Source of the DNA: the human T2T-CHM13v2.0 reference genome, Homo sapiens
DNA: 64,000 bases
NCBI RefSeq assembly: GCF_009914755.1
Contig: NC_060930.1
Reading direction: 5' to 3' (one strand)
Position numbers and translations under genes: made by a program. Position 1 is the stretch's first letter. Every line of letters starts with the position of its first letter. The notes under the pieces are model-generated. The model was not told the origin of the DNA. It saw nothing but the letters and a program-made list of their open reading frames with translations, and did no database searches. Positions 46,636 through 61,030 of this stretch are shown piece by piece.

Positions 46636-47382
46636 CTGTGAAATTAGCTTAGGTTACCCAAAGCTTAAACCACATAAATCCTACTTTACAATTCAATCCA
46701 GTTCAACCATAAACATTTAAACAAATATTTATTAAGTACCGCCTATGTGCAAGACACACCATCATCTGCCTGAGGTACGTGAGGATGAAGGCTGCCATCC
46801 GCTCTTGTCCTCAAGGAGCCTACCCTCAGCAAGGGTGGAAGACAGGACATGAAGTGAGTACTGGAAGGTTCCAGAACTCCTCCAGGGCAGCACTGTGTCC
46901 TTCGTATTGGGATGGTCATGTTCTTAGAACTGGGGGAGGGGCTGTGAGCTAAAAAAAAGGAAAGTCGAATGACATTCAAAGGGTAGTGAATTCACCTATG
47001 GCCAGAGCAGGAGCAGAACTTCTCCACGGAGGGAAGCTCAGTGTGTGTTCGGGAAAGAGCAAGCGTTACTCTCGAGCTGAATTACAGGGCATGTGTGGAG
47101 AAAAAGGGAAGGGAAGATGGAAATGGTAAGTGTTGGCAATTTGCAGAGGGTCTTGAAAAATGCAGAACACAGAGACTGTACTAAATTGCTGTAAACGTTT
47201 CCCAGGAAGGGCAGGAGAGGATGTTACATGACAGATCAATCAGACAACAGACGGAGGGGGATGGGGGCATATCCATTCAGTTAGACAGAACTTGGGGATG
47301 GCTGGGGATAGGACAGCTTCCTTACTCTTGACCTGGTTCAGCCACAGGGTCATGCTGTAAAAATAGCAAATGGTGATGAATG

Positions 47383-47996
47383 TGTTACTGGAAAGGGGTC
47401 CAGACCCAGACCCCAAGAAGGGGTTCTTGAATGTCACGCTAGAAAGAATTCGGGGTGAGTCTATAGAATAAAGCAAAAGCAAGTTTATTAGAGAAGTAAA
47501 GAGACAAAAGAATGGCTATTTCATACACAGAACAGCACTAAGGGCTGATTGACTGAGTACGTTTATGGTTATTTCTTGATTATATGTTTTATGAGTTTTC
47601 TGGGAAAGGAGCAGGCAAGTCTCGGAACTGATGGTTCTTCCCCTTTTTAGACCATATAGGGTAACTTCTGGATGTTGCCATGGCATTTGTAAACTGTGAG
47701 GGTGCTGGTGAGAGTGTCTTTTAGCATGCGAATGCATTATAATTAGCATATAATGAGCAGTGAAGATGACCAGAGGTCACTTTTATCACCATCTTGGTTT
47801 CAGTGGGTTTTGGCCTGCTTCTTCACCGCTGTTTTATCAGCAGGGTCTTTATGACCTGTATCTTGCGATACCAGTCCTGCTGACCTATCTCATCCCGTGA
47901 CTAAGTATGCCTGGGAATGCAGCCCAGCAGGTCTCAACCTTATTTTACCCAGCCCCCTTTCAAGATGGAGTCACTCTGTTTTGAACGTCTCTGACA
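47383..47996 (-). mobile_element. MER41 (MER41B-like) ERV1 solo LTR
   Basis: tgttactggaaaggggtccagacccagaccccaag ... caagatggagtcactctgttttgaacgtctctgaca; TG...CA termini. Confidence 0.88.
47598..47606. promoter_or_regulatory. GAS (STAT) motif TTCTGGGAA within MER41
   Basis: Exact TTCN3GAA match; the second tandem site is decayed (GTCTCGGAA, 47619-47627). Confidence 0.5.
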
Positions 47997-48064
47997 AAGG
48001 CGGTGATGGGACGGAGCTGCTACGCAGACCCTGTGCTTCTGAAGGTGTTTCCTCGTTTTGCTAG

Positions 48065-48183
48065 GGTCTCCCCTGGAAGTGGTTTTCCAAGCCTGTTATT
48101 GATGCAGCCTGTTGGGGGGAAATTCGGCTCTCCTCCTGGCTGATTGCCCATTGCTGGGATTTTGACCATCCAGCAGCGGTTTG
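48065..48183 (+). pseudogene. Degraded exon of the same enoyl-CoA hydratase gene (GLPWKWFSKPVIDAA / LGGNSALLLAD / QQRF-G)
   Basis: Acceptor ttttgctag with a phase-0 start that matches the previous exon. Motifs correspond to SKPVIAAV, AGGLELALLAD and RRFG but lie in three different frames. The expected GT donor at 48184 reads GG. Confidence 0.7.
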
Positions 48184-50184
48184 GGACACGTCGGGGTGAA
48201 ATGGCTCTGAAGGGAGTGGCCGTTGATGATCCTTTTTTTAATTTTGTTTTTTTGTTTTTTGTTTTTGTTTTTTTGGCTCCAGCAGGACATATCACATCAT
48301 AAGGCAGTGTTGGAAATGGGAGAGCCAGGATTATCTCTGGCTTTAATTGTTAACTTAATTGCTTTTTCATTTTTTGGCTAGCCTAGATGGTGAAGCAAAT
48401 GGAGTCGAAACATATATTCTTTGCCATTTATTAGAATGGCGATAATGAAACGTTCATTACTATTAGACCAGAAAGATAATGCTACAAGGAATTTCATCTC
48501 CTGGTTTCTTTATTTCTTTTTAACCTGCCTCCTGCCTGATTTGTTCTTTGTTTGTTTGTTTTAAGCAACTCCTAGCATTTTGTATGCCTTTTTGACATGG
48601 CAGCCCCAGAAATTTCATATAGCAAGCAAACTTCACGTAGGGCAACAGTCCTGGATAGTGAGACTTACGCTGCAGCACACTGAATAGTACTGGGGAGTGG
48701 CTCTGGTAGGGAGACTATGAAAGGTTACCGTCCTCCTGTTCACTCCTGGATGCAGAGCTCCCTGCCAACTCCATCTGTTTAACTGATCCCTCCTTCTTTT
48801 CTATTTTTGTTTTTGGGCAATTGACCCACTGAATGGCCTTTCCTCATCTTGCCGCTTTCTTCCTCAGGATTTTTGTTCTCTTGTTGATCTTTGGCAAAGT
48901 CTCTGTGTATATGTTTGAGTTTTTATCCAAAGATTTCTTTTTTCCTGCCTTTTTTATACCGTATTTTCATTTACATTACAAAGGAGCTTGCCCTTTTGCC
49001 GATTAAACAATGGATCATTCATACTTCAGTTTTAGATGTTTGGATATCTCGACACACATGTAAGAACAGATGTTTTCATGCAAGTATGACTGTCAAAGTT
49101 AATTCAGCTTTATTTGCAACTGCTATTTTAATAAAATTTGGATTTTTTTTCGACTGTCACTCCTTCCCACTTGTGGCATTTTACTTATTTGGAAATACAA
49201 TATTCACTACATAGTAGAATTATATGTTATTCCCTTGTGGTTGATATCTTTGCCTCTAAAGCTGACTTTCTAAGTTTTCAGCATTCTTGAATGTAATGCT
49301 TCTGCAGTAGGCAGGAAAGCGCAGTGTACGGTAGTTACAGTCTTCTAAACAGCTGCCCTAGGAATGATGTACCCACAGTTTTCAGTAAGGTTAACATAGT
49401 GCTTTATCTGGTGGGTCTCATGCACACACACACATATACCACAATGCAAACCTTATGCTCAAGAAAGAAAAAGTTATGGTGCACAAGAAAACAAAACCGA
49501 AGAGATAAAAGGCAGAGCAAAAACCTCCTCAAAGTAGGGTATTTGTTTAAAGTTGCTAAATTACACATTTTGGACCCTAAAAATGTTTGTGAAAAGTGCT
49601 CTGAAATTATCAGACCACAGTACTCCTTTTGAGTCTGAAAAACATCTTGAGGTTGGGTGACATGGTGCATGGCAGCTGGGCTAGCCAAAGAAGGATGTGT
49701 AGTCAAGAGTGTTGATGGGAGACAAGAGGGTGATGGAGAACTAAGGGTCTGTCCCTGCAGGTTTACAGACTGGGCATGATGGAAGCAAGGGGGTGACAGG
49801 GCTCACAAGATGAGCACTTTGGTCAGAGAGAGGAGATGTTGGCTATTTAATGCTTCAAAGGAATCTCAAAGTCTTGTGTGTGACATTGGGTGTGGGTAGA
49901 GTTGGCGGGGAGTGAAGTGGAGGTGAAGGTGGCTGGAGCTGAGGTGATGAGGGACCAATGAGGTGGGCAGACTTCTAGATGGTCTGTGTGGATGCTGCTG
50001 TCACCCATCATGTTAGCAGCTCAGGATAGAGGGCAGAACTGTGAGCCGAACACTGTGCCTTTTCCCATTGCCTTCCTTAACTAATTGTCAATCCATCATT
50101 CATTCAACATTCATTCAAAAATGAATGTGCATTAATTGTGGATCATATGGCATTGTTCATTACTGAAGTTACAAAAATAAATCT

Positions 50185-50507
50185 GGCCAGGCACGGTGGC
50201 TCACATCTGTAATCACAGCACTTTGGGAGGCCAAGGCAGGCGGATCACCTGAGGTCAGGAGTTCAAGACCAGCCTGTCCAAATGGTGAAACTCTGTCTCT
50301 GCTAAAAATACAAAAAATTATCTGGGTGTGGTGGTGCATGCCTGTAGTTTCAGCTACAGGCTGGAGGCAGGAGAATCGCTTGAACCTGGGAAGCAGAGGT
50401 TGCAGTGAGCTGAGATCACACCATTGCACTCCAGCCTGGGCTACAAGAGCGAAACTCCGTCTCAAAAAAAAGTAAATACATTTAAATAAATAAATAAAAT
50501 AAATAAA
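50185..50507 (+). mobile_element. Alu (AluS)
   Basis: Alu consensus; TSD aaataaatc. Confidence 0.95.
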
Positions 50508-50754
50508 TCAGACGCGGTTCCAGAGCATGGAAAGCTTACTGGCTGACTGATAAGGGTGAGCATGTACTAGTTATCTCAACCAGAGCCTGTAAACCCATAG
50601 GGCTGCAGGGGCCAGGTGGGGCATGGAAGGATGAAGCCAGCAGGTGGAATAAGGAGGAAACGTTTGGCAACTGTAGTGAACCGGAGAGCTCATAGCTCAC
50701 TTAAGGCAGGCAGCCATTATCCATGTTGGCGAATCTTTCAATTTAAAAAAGAAA

Positions 50755-50925
50755 AAGCCAGACACAGTGGCTCATGCCTGTAATCTCAACTAGGCTGAGA
50801 TAGGAGAATCACTTGAGCCCAGGAGTTTGAGGCTGGAGGGAGCTATGTTCGTGCCACTGCACTGCAGCCTGGGTGATAGAATGAGAGCCCATCTCTTAAA
50901 AAAAATAAATTTAAAAATAAAAGAA
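50755..50925 (+). mobile_element. Monomeric/internally deleted Alu (FRAM-like)
   Basis: Alu 5' end joined to a right-arm 3' half and A tail. Confidence 0.8.
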
Positions 50926-51809
50926 ATGCAGATATCTGGGAATGAAATTTCCCAATTTAAAAACTTTAGCAAGCAATTAAACTAATAAAAATATAGTTAG
51001 TATGGGCCAATGGTTTGTGTCTTCTGATTTAAATAACTGGAACTGCAGGCCAACTTCGGTTCTTGTTCTGATTCTACCCCTAACTTGCTAGTCAATCACC
51101 TAACATCTCTGACCCCAGTGACCTCTGAAAGGGGCAGGAAGCTGTAGGGCATGAGCTCTAGGGTCTTTCCCAGTTCTCTGATTATAATTTCAGTGTCCAA
51201 AGAGACTGCTGATTAATTTCCTTCTGTCAAGAAGGGTGAAAAGTATGGGACCATATCTTTTATGTTTCTTCCTCTGAAATGTGCAGTGTCAACAGAGGGC
51301 TGTCACTCTGGGGGAGTTCATTACAGTGACTAATATTGGCCTCACTGGACTCTGAGAAGGAGCTAGGTTTGGAAGCCACCATGATGAACTTCTGTTTTCC
51401 TTTCTCTCTCTCATGCTTGTGGTCAAGAAGGGAGGCAAAGGAATTGTTTAGACAGACATATAGTAGAATCCCAGGTCTGTAAGTTAATGATCTTTGTGAT
51501 TGGGCAAGTCGTTTCCCCTGAGCCTTAGATATCACTGGCTGTAGAGCTAGAAAAGAGAATGTCCTCCCATAAACATGTGGATGCTTCCCTCTTCCAGAGG
51601 AGAAACATATCACCATATGTCTATTTGTTTTTTTGTTTTGCCTCGACTGCTAGTAAGTTGACCAGAAAGCAAAATATCTGGAACAAGTTAGTTTAATTCT
51701 CTGAAGAATTGCTTTGACTAAATTATAATTGAATGTCATCTCAGTATGTGTGTGTGTTTTCTCCATATTGTCTTCAAAATTGCAGTCAACGGCATTTTTC
51801 AAAATGGTT

Positions 51810-52025
51810 CAGCCTGGTCAACATGACAAAACTCCATCTCTACAAAAAATAGAAAAATTAGCTGGGCATGGTGGCATGTGCCTGTAGTTCCAGCTACTGG
51901 GAGACTGATGTAGGAGGATCACCTAAGCCTAGGGAGTTTGAGGCTGCAGTGAGCCATGGTGGTGCCACTGCACTCCAGCCTGGGTGACAGAGGGAGACCC
52001 TGTCTCAAAAAACAAACAACAAACA
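51810..52025 (+). mobile_element. 5'-truncated AluJ-like
   Basis: cagcctggtcaacatg ... gaccctgtctcaaaaa. Confidence 0.9.
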
Positions 52026-52805
52026 ATTAAAATGTTTGCTCAGTATTGCTTACATGGTAAGATAAACAGAGAGCTCCTGTGAAGGAGGCTGGTGGAGTTA
52101 TTTGGTGGCCGTCTGGCTCCCCGCTGAGCTTTTGTTTTGCTGAGTGAGGTCTGCAGGGGAGCACACTGAGCTGAATTGCTTGGACCAATAAAGAGGATTT
52201 GTGGAAGCTGTGTGACGAGTGGAAAAACGGGAGGAAAAGAAACCTAGTTAAGGGCCACTGGAGAAGAAGCCTTGGGATGGATAAGGACAGAGATACCTAT
52301 TATGCAGTTGGATGAGGTTTGCCATGTGCTATGTGACATTATCCCCTTCTTCATCTCCTCACAAAAAGACACCACTTACCAGTGACTTTTGGTGTTTTTT
52401 GATGAGCCAACCTCAAGGCATGCTGGAGATGAACAGAGGCCACCTAAATGGTCCAACCACCCTTGGTTTACACTGAGAGAGGGCTACCATAATATCTTCT
52501 TGCCAAATAGTGTTGCCAGGAAACAGTATGTCTTACCAAATAAAAGTATATGCTTCCTTCTGCCTAAAGAGAGCTATGTGATTCATTGAATATTACGTTT
52601 GTTTGTTTAGCTTTAGCTAAACAAGGTTAGAACAAGATGTAGTGCTCAATTGTATATCAGATTTCTTTGTTCTCTCTCATATAATTTCTGATCTCTCTTT
52701 GCTATGTTTTTTTAAACTGCATATTTTGTATGTTTTCAAGACATCTTATATTTGGGTGTTCTAAGACACCCCAAATGGTTTGTGGAAGCCAAGGAGGGGC
52801 TAACC

Positions 52806-53010
52806 CAGCGCTATGCAATGGAACTTTCTGCGTGATGGAAATGTACTGTATCTGTGCCATCCAATATGGCGGCCACCACCACACGTGGCTCTTGAGCACT
52901 TGAAATGTGGCTAGTATGACTGAGAAACTAAATGTTCAACTTTGTTTAATTTTAATTAATTGAAATTTAAGTTTAAATAGCCACCTGTGGATGCCCTGTT
53001 GGACAGCACA
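52806..53010. mobile_element. MER3/MER33-type hAT-Charlie element
   Basis: gaactttctgcgtgatggaaatgt..gagcacttgaaatgtggctagt..ttggacagcacag. Confidence 0.75.
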
Positions 53011-53844
53011 GTCCTACACCATTTATAAATAAACAAATGCTTCTGAACACCTGGAAAGGGTTTCGTCTCAAGTTCAAATGTTCTTTACGTGATGGATTTA
53101 TTTAGAAAAATCTTTTTGTGTAATAAGAAACAATTATTTGTATTTGTATAATGAGGAATGATAAGGAAGTTTAAACTCCATTTACTTATAAAAGTAACAA
53201 AATTAACCGAGTACTTTATATTCACTGGAGCTTTGGTAGTTTCATTATCAATTTACATTCAAACTTTTACTAAATAACTAAAAATAGGGTTGCCTAACCA
53301 TCAGAACTAGATGATAGCTCTTATTTTAAATAGGAAGTCTGTGAGAGACAACTTTAAAAAAATAAATTTTAGTTCTATTGCTTGACCTGGGTGGTATTTA
53401 CCCAGGTGTCCGACTTTATAACTGTTTGTTTAAATGTTCTTACATATCATATGCACTTTTTCTGTATCTGTTAATTTTCACAATAAAATATAAAAATGAC
53501 AGTCTCTTCCAATTTTAAAAGTATAATGTGTTGAAATTGTAAAAGTATTCATGTCATAGGCTGATTAAGGAAAAATCATAGAAAATCTAGAAATAAACCA
53601 AGAACAAATGGGAACTTAGTATATAATATATGTGGCATGTCAAGTTAGTGGAGAGAAATATGAATTTTAACAACTGGTGATGGGAATATTTTTATCTGTT
53701 TTATAGAATAACCCTATGCATTGGAATTTATATTTACTGTAATCAGGTTGTTGTTTGAATTTGTTTTTCTTAATTAAAAAAATGGTGTTAAGATACTGTT
53801 ATAGCTATTAAAGATCAAACTATGCCACTTACATTTACATTTAA

Positions 53845-53980
53845 GGCCAGGAGCAGTGGCTTACATCTGTAATCGTGGCACGTTGTGAAGCCAAGCCTTG
53901 AGGATCCCTTGAGGCCAGGAGTTTGAGACCAGCCTGGGCAACATATAAGATCCTGTCTCTAAAAATTTTTTTTAAAAATA
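53845..53980 (+). mobile_element. FLAM/Alu left monomer
   Basis: Left-arm consensus; TSD-like ttacatttacatt. Confidence 0.85.
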
Positions 53981-54819
53981 AATTTACATTTACATTCAAA
54001 TATGTAAGTTAAGAGCAGGCATTGATATCACATTTCCCCAGCAAGTCTGTATTACGTTCAGTTTTAATTAAAACTGAAAAAAGTAAAAGATCTCCAAAGA
54101 CTATAAAGTTGGAATGTGGCATCATATGAAAGTGATTTTACAAACCTAAATTTAAATTATCCCTTTGTTAATCTTAAAAAATGTTTTTCAGCTGTTACCT
54201 GCAAATTTTTTTCTTACTTAATTTTAATCTCGTTAGGTTGATATTCTTACTTTAATTAATTATGAACCCCAAATTAATTCTAGATAGAAAAGTGTTTACA
54301 CAGAAGAAAGTGAAGTCCTAAGAAAAAAAAAGGAAATATTGGTGAGAACTTTTGAATAATCTTTGAGTGGAAAACAGCTTTCTACCATACTACCAAACTC
54401 AGGAACCACAGTGGAAAATAATCATAAATTTGACTATAGACTTAAAAAAACTCGTTGTAGCAGGAATCTTCATAAAGTAAAAGCACAAACAAATGTATTT
54501 ACAACATAATGGCAATAAACAGTCTGATTTCCATAAACTGTACAAAAAGTTCTTTTAAATTTGTTTTTAAAATAATAGAAAAATGGGAAAGGGAATTCAT
54601 ATATGAAGAAATACAAATGGCTAATGAATATTAAATACTCAGTATCAATTATTAAAGAAAATCAGATTAAAGCTTTACTTTTGAAAATAAGTTAATTATT
54701 TACAAGGAAGTGTAATACTTTCAATCAACCAGCCGAATTATTTTATCTCTTCCTGAATTTTCAACTTGCCATGCATACCTTTAGCAGAATCTTCAGGAAA
54801 CGATTTCTGTGAAAATGAC

Positions 54820-55500
54820 CCCTTCAGCAATTAGAATGACTAAAAAAGAGAAAAGATGATCTTATAGGTTCACAAGGGTGCAGAGCAACTGGAAGTCTCA
54901 TTCATTGCTGGTGGGAACGCAAACAGCTCAACGACTTTGGAAAACACTTTGGCAGTATCTTGTGAAGTTAAACACACATTTTCCACACAATGCAGCAATC
55001 CCACTCCTAGGTGTTTACCCAAGAGAACTGGGAACTTTTGTTCATATAAAAATTGTGCGTGAATGTTTCTAGCATATTTATTCACATTCATCAAAAGCTG
55101 GGAACAACCCAAATATCTTCAACTGTTGAGTGGGTAAACAAACCGTGGTATGTCCAAATAATGGAATACTGCTCAGGACTAAAAGGGAACAAATTACTGA
55201 TTAATGTAACAACATAGATAAATTTCATACTAAGTGACAGAAGCCAAACTTAAAAGACACATTTTGTACAATTCTGTTTACATGACATCCTGGAAAACAC
55301 AAAATTATAGGAACAGATCAGTGGTTGCCAGGAGTCCAACATGGGGGCTTGGGTTGATTACAAAAGGGCAGTGTGAGGAAATTTGGGGGGTGATGGAACT
55401 GTTCTGTCTTGATTATGGTGGTCTAACTGCACGCACTTGTCAGATTCACAGAAATACACATCAGAGAAGTTAATTGTATTGTACATAAATTAAGTGAATT
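54820..55500 (+). mobile_element. Old L1M 3' region
   Basis: cattgctggtgggaa..gcaatcccactcctagg..aatggaatactgctcag..gatcagtggttgccagg. Confidence 0.8.
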
Positions 55501-55727
55501 TAGAATTTATGTCTTTCTAAATTATTGTATTAGATTGAGAGCAAAACAGGTTGTTATTTCTCCATTTTTTGACTTAGATTTGATTATCTTTGTTCCTTTT
55601 TTTCTGAAGTAGACTTCTACATTGATGTATAACATACATATAAAAGTGCACAGATCATACCTGTAAAGCTTGATGAACTATTACAACTGTCATGTGTTTA
55701 ACCAACTGCCACCCAGATCAAGAGACA

Positions 55728-56040
55728 GGCTGGGCACAGTGGCTCACTCCTGGAATCCCAGCACTTTGGGAGATGGCGGTGGGAGGATTACTCGAGACCA
55801 CGAGTTTGTGACCAGCCTGGGCAACACAGAGAGACCTTGTCTCTACAAAATACAAAAATTAGCTGGGCATCGTGACACATGTGTGTGGTCCCAGCTACTC
55901 GGGAGGCTGAGATGGGAAGATCGCTTGAGCTCAGGGAGGTCGAGGCTGCAGTGAGCTGCAATTGCGCCACTGCACTCCAGCCTGGGTGACAGAATAAGAC
56001 CCTGTCTCAAAAACCAGACCAAAAAAGACAAAAAAAAATA
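55728..56040 (+). mobile_element. AluJ-like
   Basis: Alu consensus. Confidence 0.93.
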
Positions 56041-58456
56041 GGACATTACCAGAAGCCCCTCCCTCACCCCCTTAATCTTCCAGAACCAGTATTCTGACTT
56101 CCAACACTAGAGATTATGTCTGTTTTTGAACTTGGTGCAGATAAAATCATACAGTATTGAATATTGCACTCTTGATAGGTTTACTTATATTTCAGGTTAG
56201 TTTTGTGTGTAAAGCAGCATAGATATACCAAATAACAATAAGGAGACTAGACTGGTCAAGCACTATGATTACTTCTAGGTCTCAAATGAAGTCTGAGAGT
56301 TGAGAGAACTCTGACATATTTTTTGTTTGAAATACATTTTTGGCCAACAAAATAGCCTTTTTGTTGTTGTTGTTTAAAGCTAATCTGAATGCATTTGGGA
56401 AATGCACACCATACTGTTTCTTTCTGATCTCCAGAAATCTATTTTTCTCCAGTATTATTTTTCGTAGTATGGGTAGACATCAGTCTTAAAATTGGCCTGA
56501 CACCCTGATCCTGTCATACGATACATCCTTGGTACTTCACCCAGTGATGATCTATGAACTTTTCCTGCTTTGTTCTTTGGAGATCAGGCTTGACTTTTGC
56601 TCGGTTATATTTAAAGCTGTGGGGAGAAGAGACTTCTTGAAAAATATGGTACTGAAGCCTGCTGTAAACTTGAATATTTGGAAACCTCTAGTAAAAGTAA
56701 ATCCATATGGCAAGTCGGGTCCCAGCTTGATTCCTGCATAATTGGGTCCAAGATCCTTCATGAACTTGTGTGAGTGTGTGCGCACAATCTTGTATATGCT
56801 CTTTGTTGTGGAAGTCAGTTATGCTGGTTTTTGTTTTTGTTATTCTTTCCAGTGAGAGAACCTGGAGTATCAGTTCTGAGTTTCAGGGTTGGGGCAGGTT
56901 TTATTTTCTTAACAGTAACCAAGCCACAAAAGGGAAAAACAAAACAATCTCTGACAATCAAAAAATGTCTTGAAAAATAATATCAATAACAAATACTAAC
57001 TTTTAAGAGATCAACAAATTCAAAACCTAAATTAAATATTACACCCTTGGATTCTTTTTACAAGCCTGATGGACCGGAGTCAGCCCCAACCACATAGCTC
57101 AAGTGAAGGATGCCCTCAAGCTGGGTGTGACCAGCGGGGCCACCAAACCATGGATTCCTTGGTTATTGTAACTCAAAAATAAAAGACTGGCCTTTGTGAA
57201 TAGGGCTCAGCCAGAAGATTCTTCATTGTATTCACTCATTTCCTCTCTCCACCTTTTGTTGTTAGAATTCCAACTCTAACACTTCTCACTCTTCACAGTG
57301 AGAGATTTAATGCAAAAAACTTTTTTTTTCTGTTGTTTATTGTTGTTAGTTTCCAAGTTGAGATCTTGGCAAGATTCACTGATGAAATTATAAACTACCC
57401 CTATGGGACTCAATACAAGTTGGCACTAAGGGTCTACAAATAAAGTCATAGAATGTTAGTGTTGGAAGTCTAATCGGTTTCATTCTGCAAAGGAGTGACT
57501 GGGCTCAAAGAAGGTACATGGCTCGCCTAAGGTTCCATAGGTAATTAGTGGTGGAGGAGGACCAGTATCTTGGAAGCCTCCAATTTTCCAGTCAAGCACT
57601 CTTTTCCTGTTTTATTTTTCATTCTCCCAGAATGTACTTAGGTGGGTTGGATTGTTGCAGTTGGAAGCATGTGCGTTGGAGTCGTGTCTCAGGGATTTTA
57701 GTTAAGATGTTTAGTTAAAGGGATTTATTGGATCCTGTAACTGAATAGTCTGAGGGAGGGTGAACTTTGGGATTTGGTTTGATTTGGCAGCTTCATGACA
57801 TCTTCCAAGACAAGGCTTCTCTTTCACCTTTCCATTTAGCCTTCATGGTGTCATCTCTTTGTGGTTAATATATGGCTGTCAGTAACTCTCTGGTCTTCAT
57901 GCTTCTTCATGAGGACCCAGTGAGTGCAGCGGTCATTCTGGAAGCTTCCAGAAGACCTCATCAACTCTTTCTCCACATCCCACTGGCTTCCATGGCAGAT
58001 GGGCCCATTTCTGAAACTTCAGCTGCAGTTGGGGGATCAGGTTATACTGATTAACTTAAGCCTGAGTAAATGTATTGTTCTGAAATCAGTCCCCTTCTCC
58101 TGAAGCATGTGAATGGGACTAAGAAGTGTGAATAACAGTGAAATCAAGGTAGTTGCCAAGAAAGGGAAAATACATGTCAGGAGGCAACTCAATGTCTACA
58201 ATAGTTGTAAGTATCAGAAATCAACTCGAACTAGCTTAAACAAGGGTGGGAATTTATTACACAGATGCAGGTGTGTCTCATAGAGCCTGAGGCCAGGGAA
58301 GCTGCCGGGTATGGGGGGAGGGGTGGGAGTCAAGAACCAGAGAACCATCAGGAACCCAGATCATCACTCTGCCCTGCCCTCCCTGCTCCTTTTTCCCCCT
58401 TCCCTCTCCTCCCTTCCCCTCCTTCCTCTGTCCACTGACTAGCTGTCTCAGAATTC

Positions 58457-58851
<395 letters not shown>

Positions 58852-59855
58852 TAACACAGATAAGGCTGCCTGCCAGGCCCCTCCGTGTGGTGAGATGACG
58901 GCCTGGTAAGCACGTAGTTCTTAGAGCATTGAGGCTAAGATGGCCCCCACTGAAGGCACCGTGAAAAGGGGATTTTCAGCCCTGGGTCATGATCCTGCTC
59001 CAAGGTGCTCCGTCGTTCTGGGTTGCAGCCTATTGGGGAAATGCCTCCATGGGCGAGACATCTGTTGCCAGTGCCACCCCCAGCTCCTCCCATGGTCCTC
59101 AGGTGTGGAGTGTGGAGGGAAAGATGTCAGGAGGGGGAGAAGCAGATGACATGGGTAAGAGGAGAATTCTTACTTCTACGTGGCTCCAACGGAAATTTGC
59201 AGCCATAAAACCCAAAGGAGGTATTTGCTGAATCACAGGCACATTTTTCTGGCGTTGAAAGCTGAACTGGGCAAGGACGTTAATGAGAACTAGTCCACAA
59301 TGATCTCTTTCAAACCCGAATCTCTGTGCTGGTGATCTCCACAGGAGCCAGGGAGCCGCCTCCCCGAGACGAGATAGCACATTCCCAAGCTTCTCAGACT
59401 CAGGTGCCCGCTCTCTGTTGACTCTCTGCATCCCCACCCTTTCCTCCGGGAGGGTGACTCATGGTGCTGGGGCGGCAGTGTCTGAGGTCTGAGAGCAAAG
59501 TCAGAGATGACTCTTTTGGGGGCTTGAAACTGTCTATTGCAGCGAGGAGTCCTTTCGGTCTCACCCTTGAGGGTGCATCTATCAGAGCTTTTGTCTGTTT
59601 TACAACTTCCTCCTAAACCTAGAACAATGGATTTAGAAAAGGGCAGGAAATCTATGCCTGTCTACTCCAGGGAAGGGGGCGTGAGTAGCATGGTTGGTGC
59701 CTTTTAGGTTAGGTCATTTAATACAGGCTGGGGCTAGTGGGTTTGAAAACTGGAAAATTTCAGGAGGGTCTCACCCCAAGTGCCCTCAAACTTCCCACAG
59801 GAGCAGGATCATTTTGAGACTAGCAAAATGTATATAGGAGAGAAAAAAAAGTAAA

Positions 59856-59898
59856 ATAATAATAATAATAATAATAACAATAATAATAATAATAATAA
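59856..59898 (+). repeat. (AAT)n microsatellite
   Basis: Direct inspection; one AAC interruption. Confidence 0.95.
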
Positions 59899-60767
59899 AG
59901 TATATAGGGTAAGTGGCTCAGGTTAGCCAAAAGTTAAGGGCTTATAAGAAAATGAAAAACCACAAGGAAGACCTCATTAAAGAGTGAGGTTTTATTAAGG
60001 AATTTGGCTTTAGTGCTAAAACCCGAAGGAGTTTGACAGAAGAGGAGGAAAAAGATGGGATTGATGACTGACATTGTTAAGCATAAACTATGGATTTATG
60101 GATTGGATACCAAGAGCAACAGCTGTGCAGTAACTTTTAATAGTACCTCGGACTTTACAACACTCTTTTTTCACATTCGCAATATTTTATCCTCAAAGCC
60201 ACATTCTGAGGCAGGCATTATCTCCATCTTGTGGATGAATAAAATGAGGCTTGATAAGGTAAGTACTTTGTTTCAAGTCTCCTACCTGGTCAGCTTTGGA
60301 GCTGGGATACAGATTCAGGTCTTCTAATGCGTTATCCATCCTAATACTCTGTCATTCATCACAATTAAGAAAGCCCTTCAGTCTTCATTATCCCACTCTA
60401 TTTTCACGACACAATAGCACAGGTATGTTTATATCTCTTCCGGCTAAACGGCAATGATATTTACCAGGTAGTGACTCCTTATTCCTTATGACGTGTCAGG
60501 CTGTGCACTGAGTTCTCCACAAGTATGATCTCCTTTGACTCCTACCACAATTCCATGATCCTTCCTTTTAAAGGTGGGGAAACTGAGGCCTGGAGAGGCT
60601 GGGAAATTTGCCCAAAGCTGCCCAGCTGTGGAGTGTTGCAGCCTGAGTTCTCACTCCAGACCCATTGGTCATTAGTTAGGTCTGCCGAGTTAGGTCTACA
60701 CAGGATGGTACTGAACCTTGAGTCAAGGTTTCCGAGTCTTCCTACATCCAGCTTATTGGATTACACT

Positions 60768-61030
60768 TTTTTTTTTTTTTTAAAGATACAGGGCCTTGCT
60801 CATTTGCCTAGGCTAGAGTGCAGTGGGGCAATCATAGTTCACTGCAGCATCCAACTCCTTGGTTCAAGCCATCCTCCCTTGTCAGCCTCCAGAGTAGCTA
60901 AGAGTACAGGTGCACACCACCATGCCCAGTTAATTTTTTAATTTTTTTTTTGTAGAAACGGAGGGGGGGGTCTTGCTTTGTTGCTCAGACTGGTCTTGAA
61001 CTCTTGACCTCAAGTGATCCTCCCACTGCA
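60768..61030 (-). mobile_element. AluJ-like
   Basis: Diverged Alu consensus, 5'-truncated. Confidence 0.9.
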
